Source: an uncultured Alphaproteobacteria bacterium
Lineage (GTDB): Bacteria; Pseudomonadota; Alphaproteobacteria; Methylaequorales; Methylaequoraceae
Length of the DNA stretch: 64,000 nt
Reading direction: 5' to 3'
Assembly (NCBI GenBank): GCA_902590895.1
Contig: CACIYM010000001.1
Location: 160,555 to 224,554 of the forward strand
The notes beneath the pieces are model-generated. The model did no database searches. It saw only the letters and a list, made by a program, of their open reading frames with translations, and was not told the DNA's origin. Positions 30,711-39,694 of this stretch are shown piece after piece; the stretch's first letter is position 1, and each line of letters starts with the position of its first letter. The position numbers and the translations under genes are program-made.

Positions 30711-31103
30711 TTGTTTTTCAAAAATAAATATAAACTCATATTTTTGGTTTTTTTTTTAGCTTTTGAATTAAATTCTAAAGAAATTGAATGTCAAGGAGCT
30801 AAAGTTAGAATAATTAACAAAATCACTACAGAAAAAAACTTTTTTGTTATGCCTTTATCACAGACATTAGAATTAGATAATTCCAAAATTATAATTCATA
30901 GATGTTTAAAGTTAGAAATAAATGGAAAGGAAGATGAAATTGCGATTTTAAATCACATACCAAACTCACCAAGGAGTAACGAGGAATTTCTTGGATGGAT
31001 CTTCAAATCATCACAATATTTAAATTTGCCAGTTAATGCGATGTATGACATAAGATTGGAAGAATGTTTAATTGAAGATCCCATCTTCTTAAAAAAAGAA
31101 TAA
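30711..31103 (+). CDS. Secreted hypothetical protein (130 aa)
   Basis: N-terminal signal-peptide-like segment LIFLVFFLAFELNS. Begins immediately after the preceding stop. Confidence 0.35.
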   Translation: MFFKNKYKLIFLVFFLAFELNSKEIECQGAKVRIINKITTEKNFFVMPLSQTLELDNSKIIIHRCLKLEINGKEDEIAILNHIPNSPRSNEEFLGWIFKSSQYLNLPVNAMYDIRLEECLIEDPIFLKKE

Positions 31104-31104
31104 C

Positions 31105-31728
31105 CTACTTAAAATAATTAAGGATATCATTTGAAATATTTTCTGGAAAATATTTGACTGCTTTGTTGTTATTATATAGCAGTTCTTTGAAATCATTTCT
31201 TATTATTTTTTTTGTACCAAATTGCTTTAGATGTTCTGAATAAAACTGAGTATCAATAAATTTAAACCCACCCTCTTTCAGATGTGCTGCAAGATAAACA
31301 AGGGATATTTTACTTGCATCCTTTTCAATACTAAACATACTTTCACCACAAAAAATACTCCCAATTATTATTCCATAGAGTCCTCCAGCTAACTTATCTT
31401 TGTAATAACATTCAACTGATTTTGCTTTCCCAATTTGAAATAATTTTGTGTAGTTGGAGATAATTTGTTTATTTATCCATGTTTTTTCTCTGTTTGTATT
31501 TTTTGCACAAAGATTAATAACTTTGTCGAAATTTTTATTTATTTTGATTATATAATTTTTTTTTTTTAAAGTTTTCCTCAAACTCTTTGATATTTTAAAT
31601 TCATCTAGATTGATTATTCCTCTGATTTGTGGATCAACCCAATAAATAAAAGGATCTTCAAAGGAATCTGACATTGGAAAAATACCCCTCGTATAAGCTT
31701 TTAAGATAATTTCGGGAGATAAAAACAT
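31105..31728 (-). CDS. aat: Leucyl/phenylalanyl-tRNA--protein transferase
   Basis: N-terminus LSPEIILKAYTRGIFPM and WVDPQIRGII match the L/F-transferase family. 207 aa. Confidence 0.85.
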   Translation of the reverse strand: MFLSPEIILKAYTRGIFPMSDSFEDPFIYWVDPQIRGIINLDEFKISKSLRKTLKKKNYIIKINKNFDKVINLCAKNTNREKTWINKQIISNYTKLFQIGKAKSVECYYKDKLAGGLYGIIIGSIFCGESMFSIEKDASKISLVYLAAHLKEGGFKFIDTQFYSEHLKQFGTKKIIRNDFKELLYNNNKAVKYFPENISNDILNYFK

Positions 31729-31735
31729 TGAAGAC

Positions 31736-33070
31736 TTAATCTATAATTTCATCAATCCAGTTTATGTGAAAGTTTCCTTTGATAAACTGATTATTATTTA
31801 AAATTTTTTTCAATACGGGAATATTAGTTTGAACTCCCTCAATAACGTACTCATTAAGTGCTCTCTTTAGACGCATTATGCATTCCATTCTGTCATTACC
31901 AGTTGATACAATTTTTGAGATAAGCCCATCATAAAATGAACTAATATTACACCCAGTGTATAAGGATGAGTCAATTCTTATACCAGGGCCACTAGGTGGA
32001 TGATATGTTCTTACAATACCGGTGGAGGGTAATAACGTTATAGGGTTTTCAGCATTAATTCTAAATTCAATTGAGTGCCCATTTTTTTTTACTTCATTTT
32101 GTTTAACAGAAATTTTTTTTCCACTGGATGTTTTGATTTGTTCTTTAACAATATCAATGTTATAAACTTGTTCAGTTATTGTATGTTCAACCTGAAGCCT
32201 TGTGTTCATTTCAATAAAATAGAATCTGCCATCTTTGTAAAGATATTCCACTGTTCCTAAATTAAAATATTTTATTTTTTTCATCGCTTCTAAAGTTAGT
32301 TCACAAATCTTTTCTCTCTCTTCTTCATTTATTACTGGACTCGGACATTCCTCAACAATTTTTTGATTTCTTCTTTGAATAGAACACTCTCTCTCCCCTA
32401 AATGTATTATGTTTCCAAATTTATCTCCTATGATTTGTATTTCTATATGTCTTGGATTTTGAATATATTTTTCTATATATACTTCATTATTTCCGAAACT
32501 TTGCTCAGCTTCTTTTCTTGCTAGCTCTAGATTTTTTTTAAGTTCATTCTCGTTTTTGACAATTTTTATGCCTCTACCTCCTCCTCCATTGGTAGATTTT
32601 ATTATTATTGGATAACCAATTTTTTCAGATATTTTTTTTGCATCTTTCAAAGTTTCTATATTTTTAGTACTTCCAGGAATAATCGGTAATCCAATTTTTT
32701 CTGCTAGGGCTTTTGCTTTTATTTTATTAGCCATATTTTCTATATGATCTATATTTGGACCAATGAATGTAAACCCATGATCATTAACTATTTTTGCAAA
32801 ATTGAAGTTTTCTGAAAGCATTCCAATTCCTGGATGTATTGCATCGGCATTTGCAATAGTTGCTGCTGAAATAATAGCAGGAATATTAAGGTAAGAATTT
32901 TTTACTTGAGGTGGTCCAATACATACACTTTCATCTGCCAACCTCACAAACATTTCTTTCTCATCAGCTGTTGAATGTACTACGACAGTCTTAAGATTAA
33001 GTTCTTTACATGCCCTTAATATTCTTAGAGCGATCTCTCCTCTGTTGGCAACTAAAATTTTTTTTAGCAT
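31736..33070 (-). CDS. accC: Acetyl-CoA carboxylase biotin carboxylase subunit
   Basis: KILVANRGEIALRILRAC N-terminus and ATP-grasp motifs. 444 aa. Confidence 0.95.
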   Translation of the reverse strand: MLKKILVANRGEIALRILRACKELNLKTVVVHSTADEKEMFVRLADESVCIGPPQVKNSYLNIPAIISAATIANADAIHPGIGMLSENFNFAKIVNDHGFTFIGPNIDHIENMANKIKAKALAEKIGLPIIPGSTKNIETLKDAKKISEKIGYPIIIKSTNGGGGRGIKIVKNENELKKNLELARKEAEQSFGNNEVYIEKYIQNPRHIEIQIIGDKFGNIIHLGERECSIQRRNQKIVEECPSPVINEEEREKICELTLEAMKKIKYFNLGTVEYLYKDGRFYFIEMNTRLQVEHTITEQVYNIDIVKEQIKTSSGKKISVKQNEVKKNGHSIEFRINAENPITLLPSTGIVRTYHPPSGPGIRIDSSLYTGCNISSFYDGLISKIVSTGNDRMECIMRLKRALNEYVIEGVQTNIPVLKKILNNNQFIKGNFHINWIDEIID

Positions 33071-33507
33071 TAATCTATTAAGAAAAGAGGTTCACCAAAT
33101 TCAACAGGCGACTCATTTTTAATAAAAACTTTTTTTATTACACCATTTTTATCTGCTGTAATTTCATTCATTGTTTTCATAGCCTCAATTATAAGTAAAA
33201 CTTGCCCAATTTTAACGGCCTGTCCAACTTCTACAAATTTTTTTGCGCCCGGCTCTGGAGAAAGATAAGCTGTTCCTACCAGTGGAGATTTTAGTGCTTT
33301 CTCGGATGAAGAAGGCTCATCTTTTTTTTTTGAAATTGATTGTTCAAATATTTCATTATTATTAAAGTCATTATTTTCCTTAAGAATTTTTTTAAGTTTA
33401 AAAACAGAACCACCATCAGATATTTCAATTTCTGATAAGTTATTTTTTGTCATTGATTTTGAAAGTAAATCAATAATGTCAATAATTTTTTTGTCTATTT
33501 TCGTCAT
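33070..33507 (-). CDS. accB: Acetyl-CoA carboxylase biotin carboxyl carrier protein
   Basis: Biotinyl-lysine motif IEAMKTMNEI. 145 aa. 1-nt overlap with accC. Confidence 0.9.
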   Translation of the reverse strand: MTKIDKKIIDIIDLLSKSMTKNNLSEIEISDGGSVFKLKKILKENNDFNNNEIFEQSISKKKDEPSSSEKALKSPLVGTAYLSPEPGAKKFVEVGQAVKIGQVLLIIEAMKTMNEITADKNGVIKKVFIKNESPVEFGEPLFLID

Positions 33508-33929
33508 TTTTTTAATTGCATGATAGAAAGGATAGCAAGTCTGTAAACATTAGTACCAAATCCAGCAATAATACCATCAACTATTGGACTAATAAAAGAT
33601 TTTTTTCTAAATTCTTCTCTTGAATAAATATTTGAGATATGAACCTCAATTTTTGGTATTTTAACTGCTTTAAGTGCATCATGAATTGCTATGGAAGTGT
33701 GAGTGAAAGCTCCTGCATTTATTATTAAAGCGGAAAACTGATTAGATGAATGAAGTCGATCAATAATTTCGCTTTCAGAATTGCTTTGATAAAACACTAA
33801 ATCTAATTTACTGAACTCATTACAACATTCATTTTCTATATCCTCAAGAGTTTTTCGTCCATATATCTCGGGTTCTCTATCACCAAGTAAATTCAAATTT
33901 GGACCATTTATAATTAAAATTTTAATCAT
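33504..33929 (-). CDS. aroQ: 3-dehydroquinate dehydratase, type II
   Basis: IKILIINGPNLNLLGDREPEIYG signature. 141 aa. Confidence 0.9.
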   Translation of the reverse strand: MIKILIINGPNLNLLGDREPEIYGRKTLEDIENECCNEFSKLDLVFYQSNSESEIIDRLHSSNQFSALIINAGAFTHTSIAIHDALKAVKIPKIEVHISNIYSREEFRKKSFISPIVDGIIAGFGTNVYRLAILSIMQLKK

Positions 33930-35230
33930 TTATTTTCTCGTTTTTTTATTTCTTTTTCAAGATCAATTACTTTATTCAACAAAATTTTATCCTTCGAAAC
34001 TTGCTTTACTCTCTTAATGTGCATTTTAGCATTATCCAATTGATTGACTAATAAATACTTCTCAGCTAAAGCATATGAAGAAAGGTCATACTTTTTTAAT
34101 TTTCCATAATTCAATCCTAAATAATGCCAAGCCTCATATGGAAAGTCATCGTCTTTGATATATTTCCATAATAATTCTATTGACTCACTAAAAGATTGTT
34201 TTGCATCCGAATGGTATAAAGATTTAGCTAGAAAAAGATTGAAGCTTTTTTCATCAGATTTTAAGAAAATGGCTCTTCTAAAAGCTAAAACAGATTCATT
34301 TGATTTACCACTCTCAAAAAGAATTTGTCCTTTCAACTCATGAAAGTATGGATTTTTAGGATCAATTTTTATGCATTTATCAACAAGATTAAGCGCTATA
34401 TTTATTTTTCCAACCCTGTAATTTCTAAGAGAATAGGCATAGAGACTTTCAAGAGACTCCAAATCAGGATATAGAGTTTCTAATTCAAAATCTTCTAAGA
34501 AAAAACCATTTACCTTTGCCTTTACAAGAGAAAATTTTAAATTTAGGGATTTAAAATTTTTTTTATTCTGATTTTGTAAATTCATTTTTATAACTTTTTT
34601 TCTCTCACTTGATAAAGGGTGTGTTAAAAAATATGGATTAATTTTTTTTAAACTTTCATTTCTTTCAAGAATTTTAAATATATTCAACATACCCTCAAGA
34701 GAAAAACCAGAATTTTTTAGTAATCGTATTGCAGTTTGATCTGCCAATGATTCCTGAGTTCTTGAAAATGACAAAAGTCTGCCAGTTCCAAGATTTTGAC
34801 CTCCCATAATAAGAGCAGTTCCTGCTGACCCAGCTCCAGCAGCCATTGCGCCAGCTGCTAAAATTGATGAAATTATATTTATCATTGAGGACTGCTCCAT
34901 TACTTTTATTCTTTGAGTAAAATGTCCACCTATTATGTGACCGATTTCATGACCAATTACGCCAGCAATATCGTCAATCCTTTTACTTTCAATTAATAAC
35001 CTTGTTGTTAAAAAAATTTTTTGCCCTGGCAATACGAATGCATTTATAAAGTCTTGGTTATCAATAAAAAAACTTATCTTATTCGCATCAAACTTAGAAT
35101 CCTTCATTAGTTCAATTGCTATTTCTTTGAACAGGTTTTCGGTTTCCGCGTCTCTAACTACATTTAAGTTTGCAGAATAACTTTGTTTTGAAATTATACA
35201 AAGAAATAAAAATAATTTTAAAAATCTCAT
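33926..35230 (-). CDS. Periplasmic M48-family zinc metalloprotease with C-terminal TPR region (BepA-like)
   Basis: Signal peptide, HEIGHIIGGH zincin motif and TPR-like C-terminal half. 434 aa. Confidence 0.8.
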   Translation of the reverse strand: MRFLKLFLFLCIISKQSYSANLNVVRDAETENLFKEIAIELMKDSKFDANKISFFIDNQDFINAFVLPGQKIFLTTRLLIESKRIDDIAGVIGHEIGHIIGGHFTQRIKVMEQSSMINIISSILAAGAMAAGAGSAGTALIMGGQNLGTGRLLSFSRTQESLADQTAIRLLKNSGFSLEGMLNIFKILERNESLKKINPYFLTHPLSSERKKVIKMNLQNQNKKNFKSLNLKFSLVKAKVNGFFLEDFELETLYPDLESLESLYAYSLRNYRVGKINIALNLVDKCIKIDPKNPYFHELKGQILFESGKSNESVLAFRRAIFLKSDEKSFNLFLAKSLYHSDAKQSFSESIELLWKYIKDDDFPYEAWHYLGLNYGKLKKYDLSSYALAEKYLLVNQLDNAKMHIKRVKQVSKDKILLNKVIDLEKEIKKRENK

Positions 35231-35267
35231 ATTTCAAATATAAATATATAATAGATTAGAATATTTT

Positions 35268-36428
35268 ATGAACAATAAATTTTATTTTCCCTCAATAAGG
35301 TCTAATGTAGATTCGTTTTATGTGATGAGCTTGTTATCAAAAGCTTCAAACCTTGAAAAAAAAGGTAAGGAAATTTTCCATTTTGAATTAGGCGAACCTC
35401 AAATAAGCACTCCTGAGCCTATTATTAAAGAAATAAAAAAACTCTTAAAGCTTAATTTACCTGGATATACACCATCGAATGGTATAGGAGAGTTAAGATT
35501 GAAAATTTCTAAGTTCTATTTAAAAAAATATAATGTTGATATTGATCCTGATAAAATTTTTATCACAAACGGTTCATCTGGAGCATTTTTGTTAAGTTTT
35601 ATCTCTGCTTTTGATTCAGGTATGAAAGTAGGAATATTTAACCCTGTTTATCCTGCCTACAGGAATATTCTTAAAGCTTTAAATATTAAAGTAGTTGAAA
35701 TTGATCCATCTGATACGGATAGAGACCTGATTGATTTAAAAAAAGTAGGAAATTACAAAAATCTTGATGGCTTGATCATATCTAACCCAAATAATCCAAA
35801 TGGTCAGGTATTTTCAGAAAATGAGTTAAAATTTATTTATAATTATTGTGAAAAGAATAAAATAGTTTTAATTGTTGATGAAATATATCACGGAATTGAG
35901 TATGGCCAGTACTCAAAGTCAATTTTAAATTTTGGTTTCAATGTTTTTGTCATAAATAGTTTTTCAAAATATTTTTGTATGCCAGGATGGAGACTAGGTT
36001 GGGCAGTTGTACCTAACAGACTTCAAAGTAATTTTTTAAAGTTATCTCAAAATATTTTTATTTCATCTGGAAATATTTCTCAATATTCTGCCTTAAAAGC
36101 TTTTGATTGTTTTGACTATTTTAACAAAATAGTTAATGAATACAGAGAGAACAAAATACAAATTTTTAAGGAGTTAAAAAATGTAAAAAATCTAAAATTT
36201 AAAGAACCACAGGGTGCGTTTTACTTTTATTTAAACATTGAAAAATTAGGAGTTAATTCTGTAGAGTTGTCTAATAAAATTCTTGAAGAAACTGGTGTAG
36301 TTGTAACACCTGGTAATGATTTCGATAAAAAATATGGTTTAAACTTTATAAGACTTGCGTTTTCTGGAAAAAAAGAAAAAACTGTAAAAGGAATTAAAAA
36401 ATTAGTTAAGTGGTTTAATGATCAGTGA
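35268..36428 (+). CDS. Pyridoxal-phosphate-dependent aminotransferase, class I/II
   Basis: PLP-lysine region SFSKYFCMPGWRLGWAVVP and fold-type I length of 386 aa. Confidence 0.75.
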   Translation: MNNKFYFPSIRSNVDSFYVMSLLSKASNLEKKGKEIFHFELGEPQISTPEPIIKEIKKLLKLNLPGYTPSNGIGELRLKISKFYLKKYNVDIDPDKIFITNGSSGAFLLSFISAFDSGMKVGIFNPVYPAYRNILKALNIKVVEIDPSDTDRDLIDLKKVGNYKNLDGLIISNPNNPNGQVFSENELKFIYNYCEKNKIVLIVDEIYHGIEYGQYSKSILNFGFNVFVINSFSKYFCMPGWRLGWAVVPNRLQSNFLKLSQNIFISSGNISQYSALKAFDCFDYFNKIVNEYRENKIQIFKELKNVKNLKFKEPQGAFYFYLNIEKLGVNSVELSNKILEETGVVVTPGNDFDKKYGLNFIRLAFSGKKEKTVKGIKKLVKWFNDQ

Positions 36429-38488
36429 TTCCACCAGCCTTGTCGCTTTTCAACTTTTTTTTGTTTTTCAAGAATTTCTATATTTTGTTTTTTCATTGAA
36501 ATTTTGGTTGATGATTTCAATGATTTATTTACACCTCTTTTGACCTTTGTTTTATTATAATCTATAGCTTTGGCTCTATAGCTTTTTCTTTTTTCGACCT
36601 CATTTTTTATATCTTGGACTTTTTCATTAATCACTGATTCTTTTTCTTTATCATTTTCTTTAAGAATTGGAGATTTTTTATTAACACCTTTTCTGTCTTT
36701 TTTGTTTAAGTTTTTTCCTTTCAAAATTTGATTAATTACTTCAATTTCAATATTAAAATGACAGTTTTTAATTATTACTTCATTCTCCTTGCATATAATA
36801 AATTCTTGGTTACTAAGCTCATCAAAGACTCTAATTTTTAAAAGTTTCTCATTTGCTATTTGTTTATTTTTGACCTCATTAAGCTTCTCGTTTAATGCAC
36901 TATTACACAATAAAAAAATTTCATCTTTTGGTCGATCAAATTTAATTTCTGATAATGTTCTTAAAATTTGATTTATTAAAAACTCATTTGATAGAACACT
37001 TCCATAACCATTACAGTGACTACATTTAATTGATATTTTTTGGTCTTCAGTTACTTTTAATCTTTGTCTTGATAGCTCTAATAAACCAAAATTACTTATT
37101 CTTCCAATTTGTATCCTAGCCCTATCATCTTTAGTACAATCCTTAAGTTTTTTTTCTACTTTGAAATTATGATTCCTATCTAACATATCAATAAAATCTA
37201 TCACAATCAATCCAGCAAGGTCTCTAATTCTAAGCTGTCTGCTAATTTCCTCTGCTGCCTCTAAGTTTGTTTTAAAGGCAGTATCCTCAATATTTCTTTG
37301 TTTTGTAGATTTACCAGAGTTTATATCTATGGCAACCAATGCTTCCGTTTGGTTTATAACGAGGTATCCCCCAGATCGCAAATTAACGATGGGATTGTTG
37401 GTATCAATAATTTTCTTTTCAATTCCAAACTTAAAAAATAATGGTTTTTTATCTTTGTACTCCTTTAAAAATTTTAAAGATTGTGGCATATACTGTTTTA
37501 CAATTTCTTTACACTTTAGATATGTTTTTTTATTGTTGATTAAAACTTCATCGTAAGTTGAATCAAAATAATCTCTTAGGCATCTTTTAATTAAATTATC
37601 TTCCTCATGAATCAAAGATGGTGCGTTAGATTTGATTGTTTTTGTTGTGATTTCTTTCCAAAGTTTAACTAAAGAATTATAGTCTCTTTTTATATCTTTC
37701 AAACCCATTGCTTGACCGGCAGTTCTAATTATCACTCCCATACCTTTATTGATACTTAGTTTACTGACAATTTCTTTAAGTTTTTTTCTAAGTTTAAAAT
37801 CAATAATTTTTCTTGATATTCCTCCACCCTTATTTGTGTTAGGCATCAAAACACAATATTTTCCAGCTAATGATAACCTTGTTGTTACAGCTGCGCCTTT
37901 GTTACCTCTTTCCTCTTTTACAACTTGAATCAATATAACTTGATTACTTTTAATAACTTCCTGAATACTATATTTTCTGTGAAAAATTATTTTTTTATTT
38001 TTATTATGATTTTTAAAATTTTTTCTTTTTTTTATTTTTGGTGCAGAAAAATCATCCAGTGGTTTGTAGTTAAAAAAATCAAATACTTTAGATAAAAATC
38101 CTTTTTGAACCTCTAAACTTTTCTTTCTACTTGAACTGTCTGTTTCCTGAAAATTGTTATCATCATATAACTCTTCGTCATCATTTAAGTTAATTTGCTT
38201 TGATTCCTCGAGCTCTTGTTCCAAAAGTTTTTTTTTGTCTGCTGTAGGTATTTTAAAATAATCTGGATGAATTTCATTGTACGCTAAAAAACCATGTTTA
38301 TTTCCTCCATAATCTACAAAAGCAGCCTGTAACGATGGTTCAACTCTGACAATTTTTGCAAGGTAAATGTTTCCTTTAGTTCTATCATTTTTAAGCCTTT
38401 CCGCTTCATAGTCAATTAATCCTTCCCCTTCAACAATTGCAACTCTTACTTCTTCATTTTTTTCCGCATCTATTAATATTTTTTTCAT
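36422..38488 (-). CDS. rne: Ribonuclease E/G family endoribonuclease
   Basis: N-terminal S1 domain (GNIYLAKIVRVEPSLQAAFVDYGG..HGFL), RNase E/G catalytic region and Zn-link-like CSHCNGYG. 688 aa. Confidence 0.8.
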   Translation of the reverse strand: MKKILIDAEKNEEVRVAIVEGEGLIDYEAERLKNDRTKGNIYLAKIVRVEPSLQAAFVDYGGNKHGFLAYNEIHPDYFKIPTADKKKLLEQELEESKQINLNDDEELYDDNNFQETDSSSRKKSLEVQKGFLSKVFDFFNYKPLDDFSAPKIKKRKNFKNHNKNKKIIFHRKYSIQEVIKSNQVILIQVVKEERGNKGAAVTTRLSLAGKYCVLMPNTNKGGGISRKIIDFKLRKKLKEIVSKLSINKGMGVIIRTAGQAMGLKDIKRDYNSLVKLWKEITTKTIKSNAPSLIHEEDNLIKRCLRDYFDSTYDEVLINNKKTYLKCKEIVKQYMPQSLKFLKEYKDKKPLFFKFGIEKKIIDTNNPIVNLRSGGYLVINQTEALVAIDINSGKSTKQRNIEDTAFKTNLEAAEEISRQLRIRDLAGLIVIDFIDMLDRNHNFKVEKKLKDCTKDDRARIQIGRISNFGLLELSRQRLKVTEDQKISIKCSHCNGYGSVLSNEFLINQILRTLSEIKFDRPKDEIFLLCNSALNEKLNEVKNKQIANEKLLKIRVFDELSNQEFIICKENEVIIKNCHFNIEIEVINQILKGKNLNKKDRKGVNKKSPILKENDKEKESVINEKVQDIKNEVEKRKSYRAKAIDYNKTKVKRGVNKSLKSSTKISMKKQNIEILEKQKKVEKRQGWWNH

Positions 38489-38621
38489 CTTTTCTTACCC
38501 TTTAATTCTGTAGTTGTGTGATTTTTTTAATTCGAAACCAAAAATAAAAAAAAACTCCATTATATTGATTTTTTTTAAAAAAAAATACTATATATAGTAT
38601 AATAAATTAAAATAATCTAAA

Positions 38622-39689
38622 TTGAAAGTCTCTATTAAATTCGTTTTATATATCATATTTTTACTATCTAGTAATGAATTAATTTCTTCAGAGATTGTAA
38701 ACTTTAGATTTGGTTCAAACTCTGACATTAAAAGGATAGTTCTAGATATAAATGAGGATGTAACTTTCAGTAATAAAAAGTTTAAGAAAAAGATAGAAAT
38801 CAGATTTGATAAAAATGTATCAATAAAGAATGCCTTAAAAAACAATGAATATTTAAACAGTATTGAACTTGACGAAAGCAAAACGACATTAACTTTAAAC
38901 TTTAAAAATGTTATTCATAATCCTAACATTTACTTTCTTAAAAAAAAAAATAACAAATATTCTAGAATTGTAATTGATTATCTTAGAAAGATAGAGAAAA
39001 AAAAAGTTATAGTTATTGACCCTGGTCATGGAGGCAAAGATTCAGGTGCTGTGGGTGTAAGGAAACAACTTGAAAAACATATAACTTTGGCTGTCGGTAG
39101 ATTGTTAAAAAAAAAAATTGAGTCTAATGGAAAGTTTGATGTTATTTTAACCAGAAATAGAGACATTTTTTTAAAGTTAAGGGAAAGAACAAAGATTGCA
39201 AAACAATCGAACGCAGATATTTTTATTTCTTTACACGCTGATTATAATAGAAACAAAAGAACCAGAGGAATATCACTTTATACTCTTTCGGAAAAAGCAT
39301 CTGACAAAGAGGCTGCTGCATTGGCAAGAAGGGAAAATAAATCTGATTTTTTAGGAAATGTGGATCTTTCGGATGAGACATCTGAGGTTACCAACATACT
39401 AATAGACTTAACAAAAAGAGAAACATTAAATCAGTCAAGTCATTTGGTAAATTTCTTAATAAAAGAGTTTAAAAATGATATGAATTTGTTGCAAAGAACA
39501 CACAGATTTGCTGGTTTTGCTGTTCTCAAGTCTCTTGATATACCTTCTGTTTTAATAGAGATGGGGTATCTCTCTAACAAACATGATTCGAAACTTTTAA
39601 CTGACAAAAGTTATCACAATAAAATTTCCGATGATATACTTAATGCAATCGTTAAATACTTTAATTGGATAGAAAAAAATAGTATTTAG
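38622..39689 (+). CDS. N-acetylmuramoyl-L-alanine amidase (AmiC-like, with N-terminal AMIN-like region)
   Basis: Amidase_3 motif VIVIDPGHGGKDSGAVG and the downstream SLHAD region. Signal peptide present. 355 aa. Confidence 0.8.
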   Translation: MKVSIKFVLYIIFLLSSNELISSEIVNFRFGSNSDIKRIVLDINEDVTFSNKKFKKKIEIRFDKNVSIKNALKNNEYLNSIELDESKTTLTLNFKNVIHNPNIYFLKKKNNKYSRIVIDYLRKIEKKKVIVIDPGHGGKDSGAVGVRKQLEKHITLAVGRLLKKKIESNGKFDVILTRNRDIFLKLRERTKIAKQSNADIFISLHADYNRNKRTRGISLYTLSEKASDKEAAALARRENKSDFLGNVDLSDETSEVTNILIDLTKRETLNQSSHLVNFLIKEFKNDMNLLQRTHRFAGFAVLKSLDIPSVLIEMGYLSNKHDSKLLTDKSYHNKISDDILNAIVKYFNWIEKNSI

Positions 39690-39694
39690 TTATT

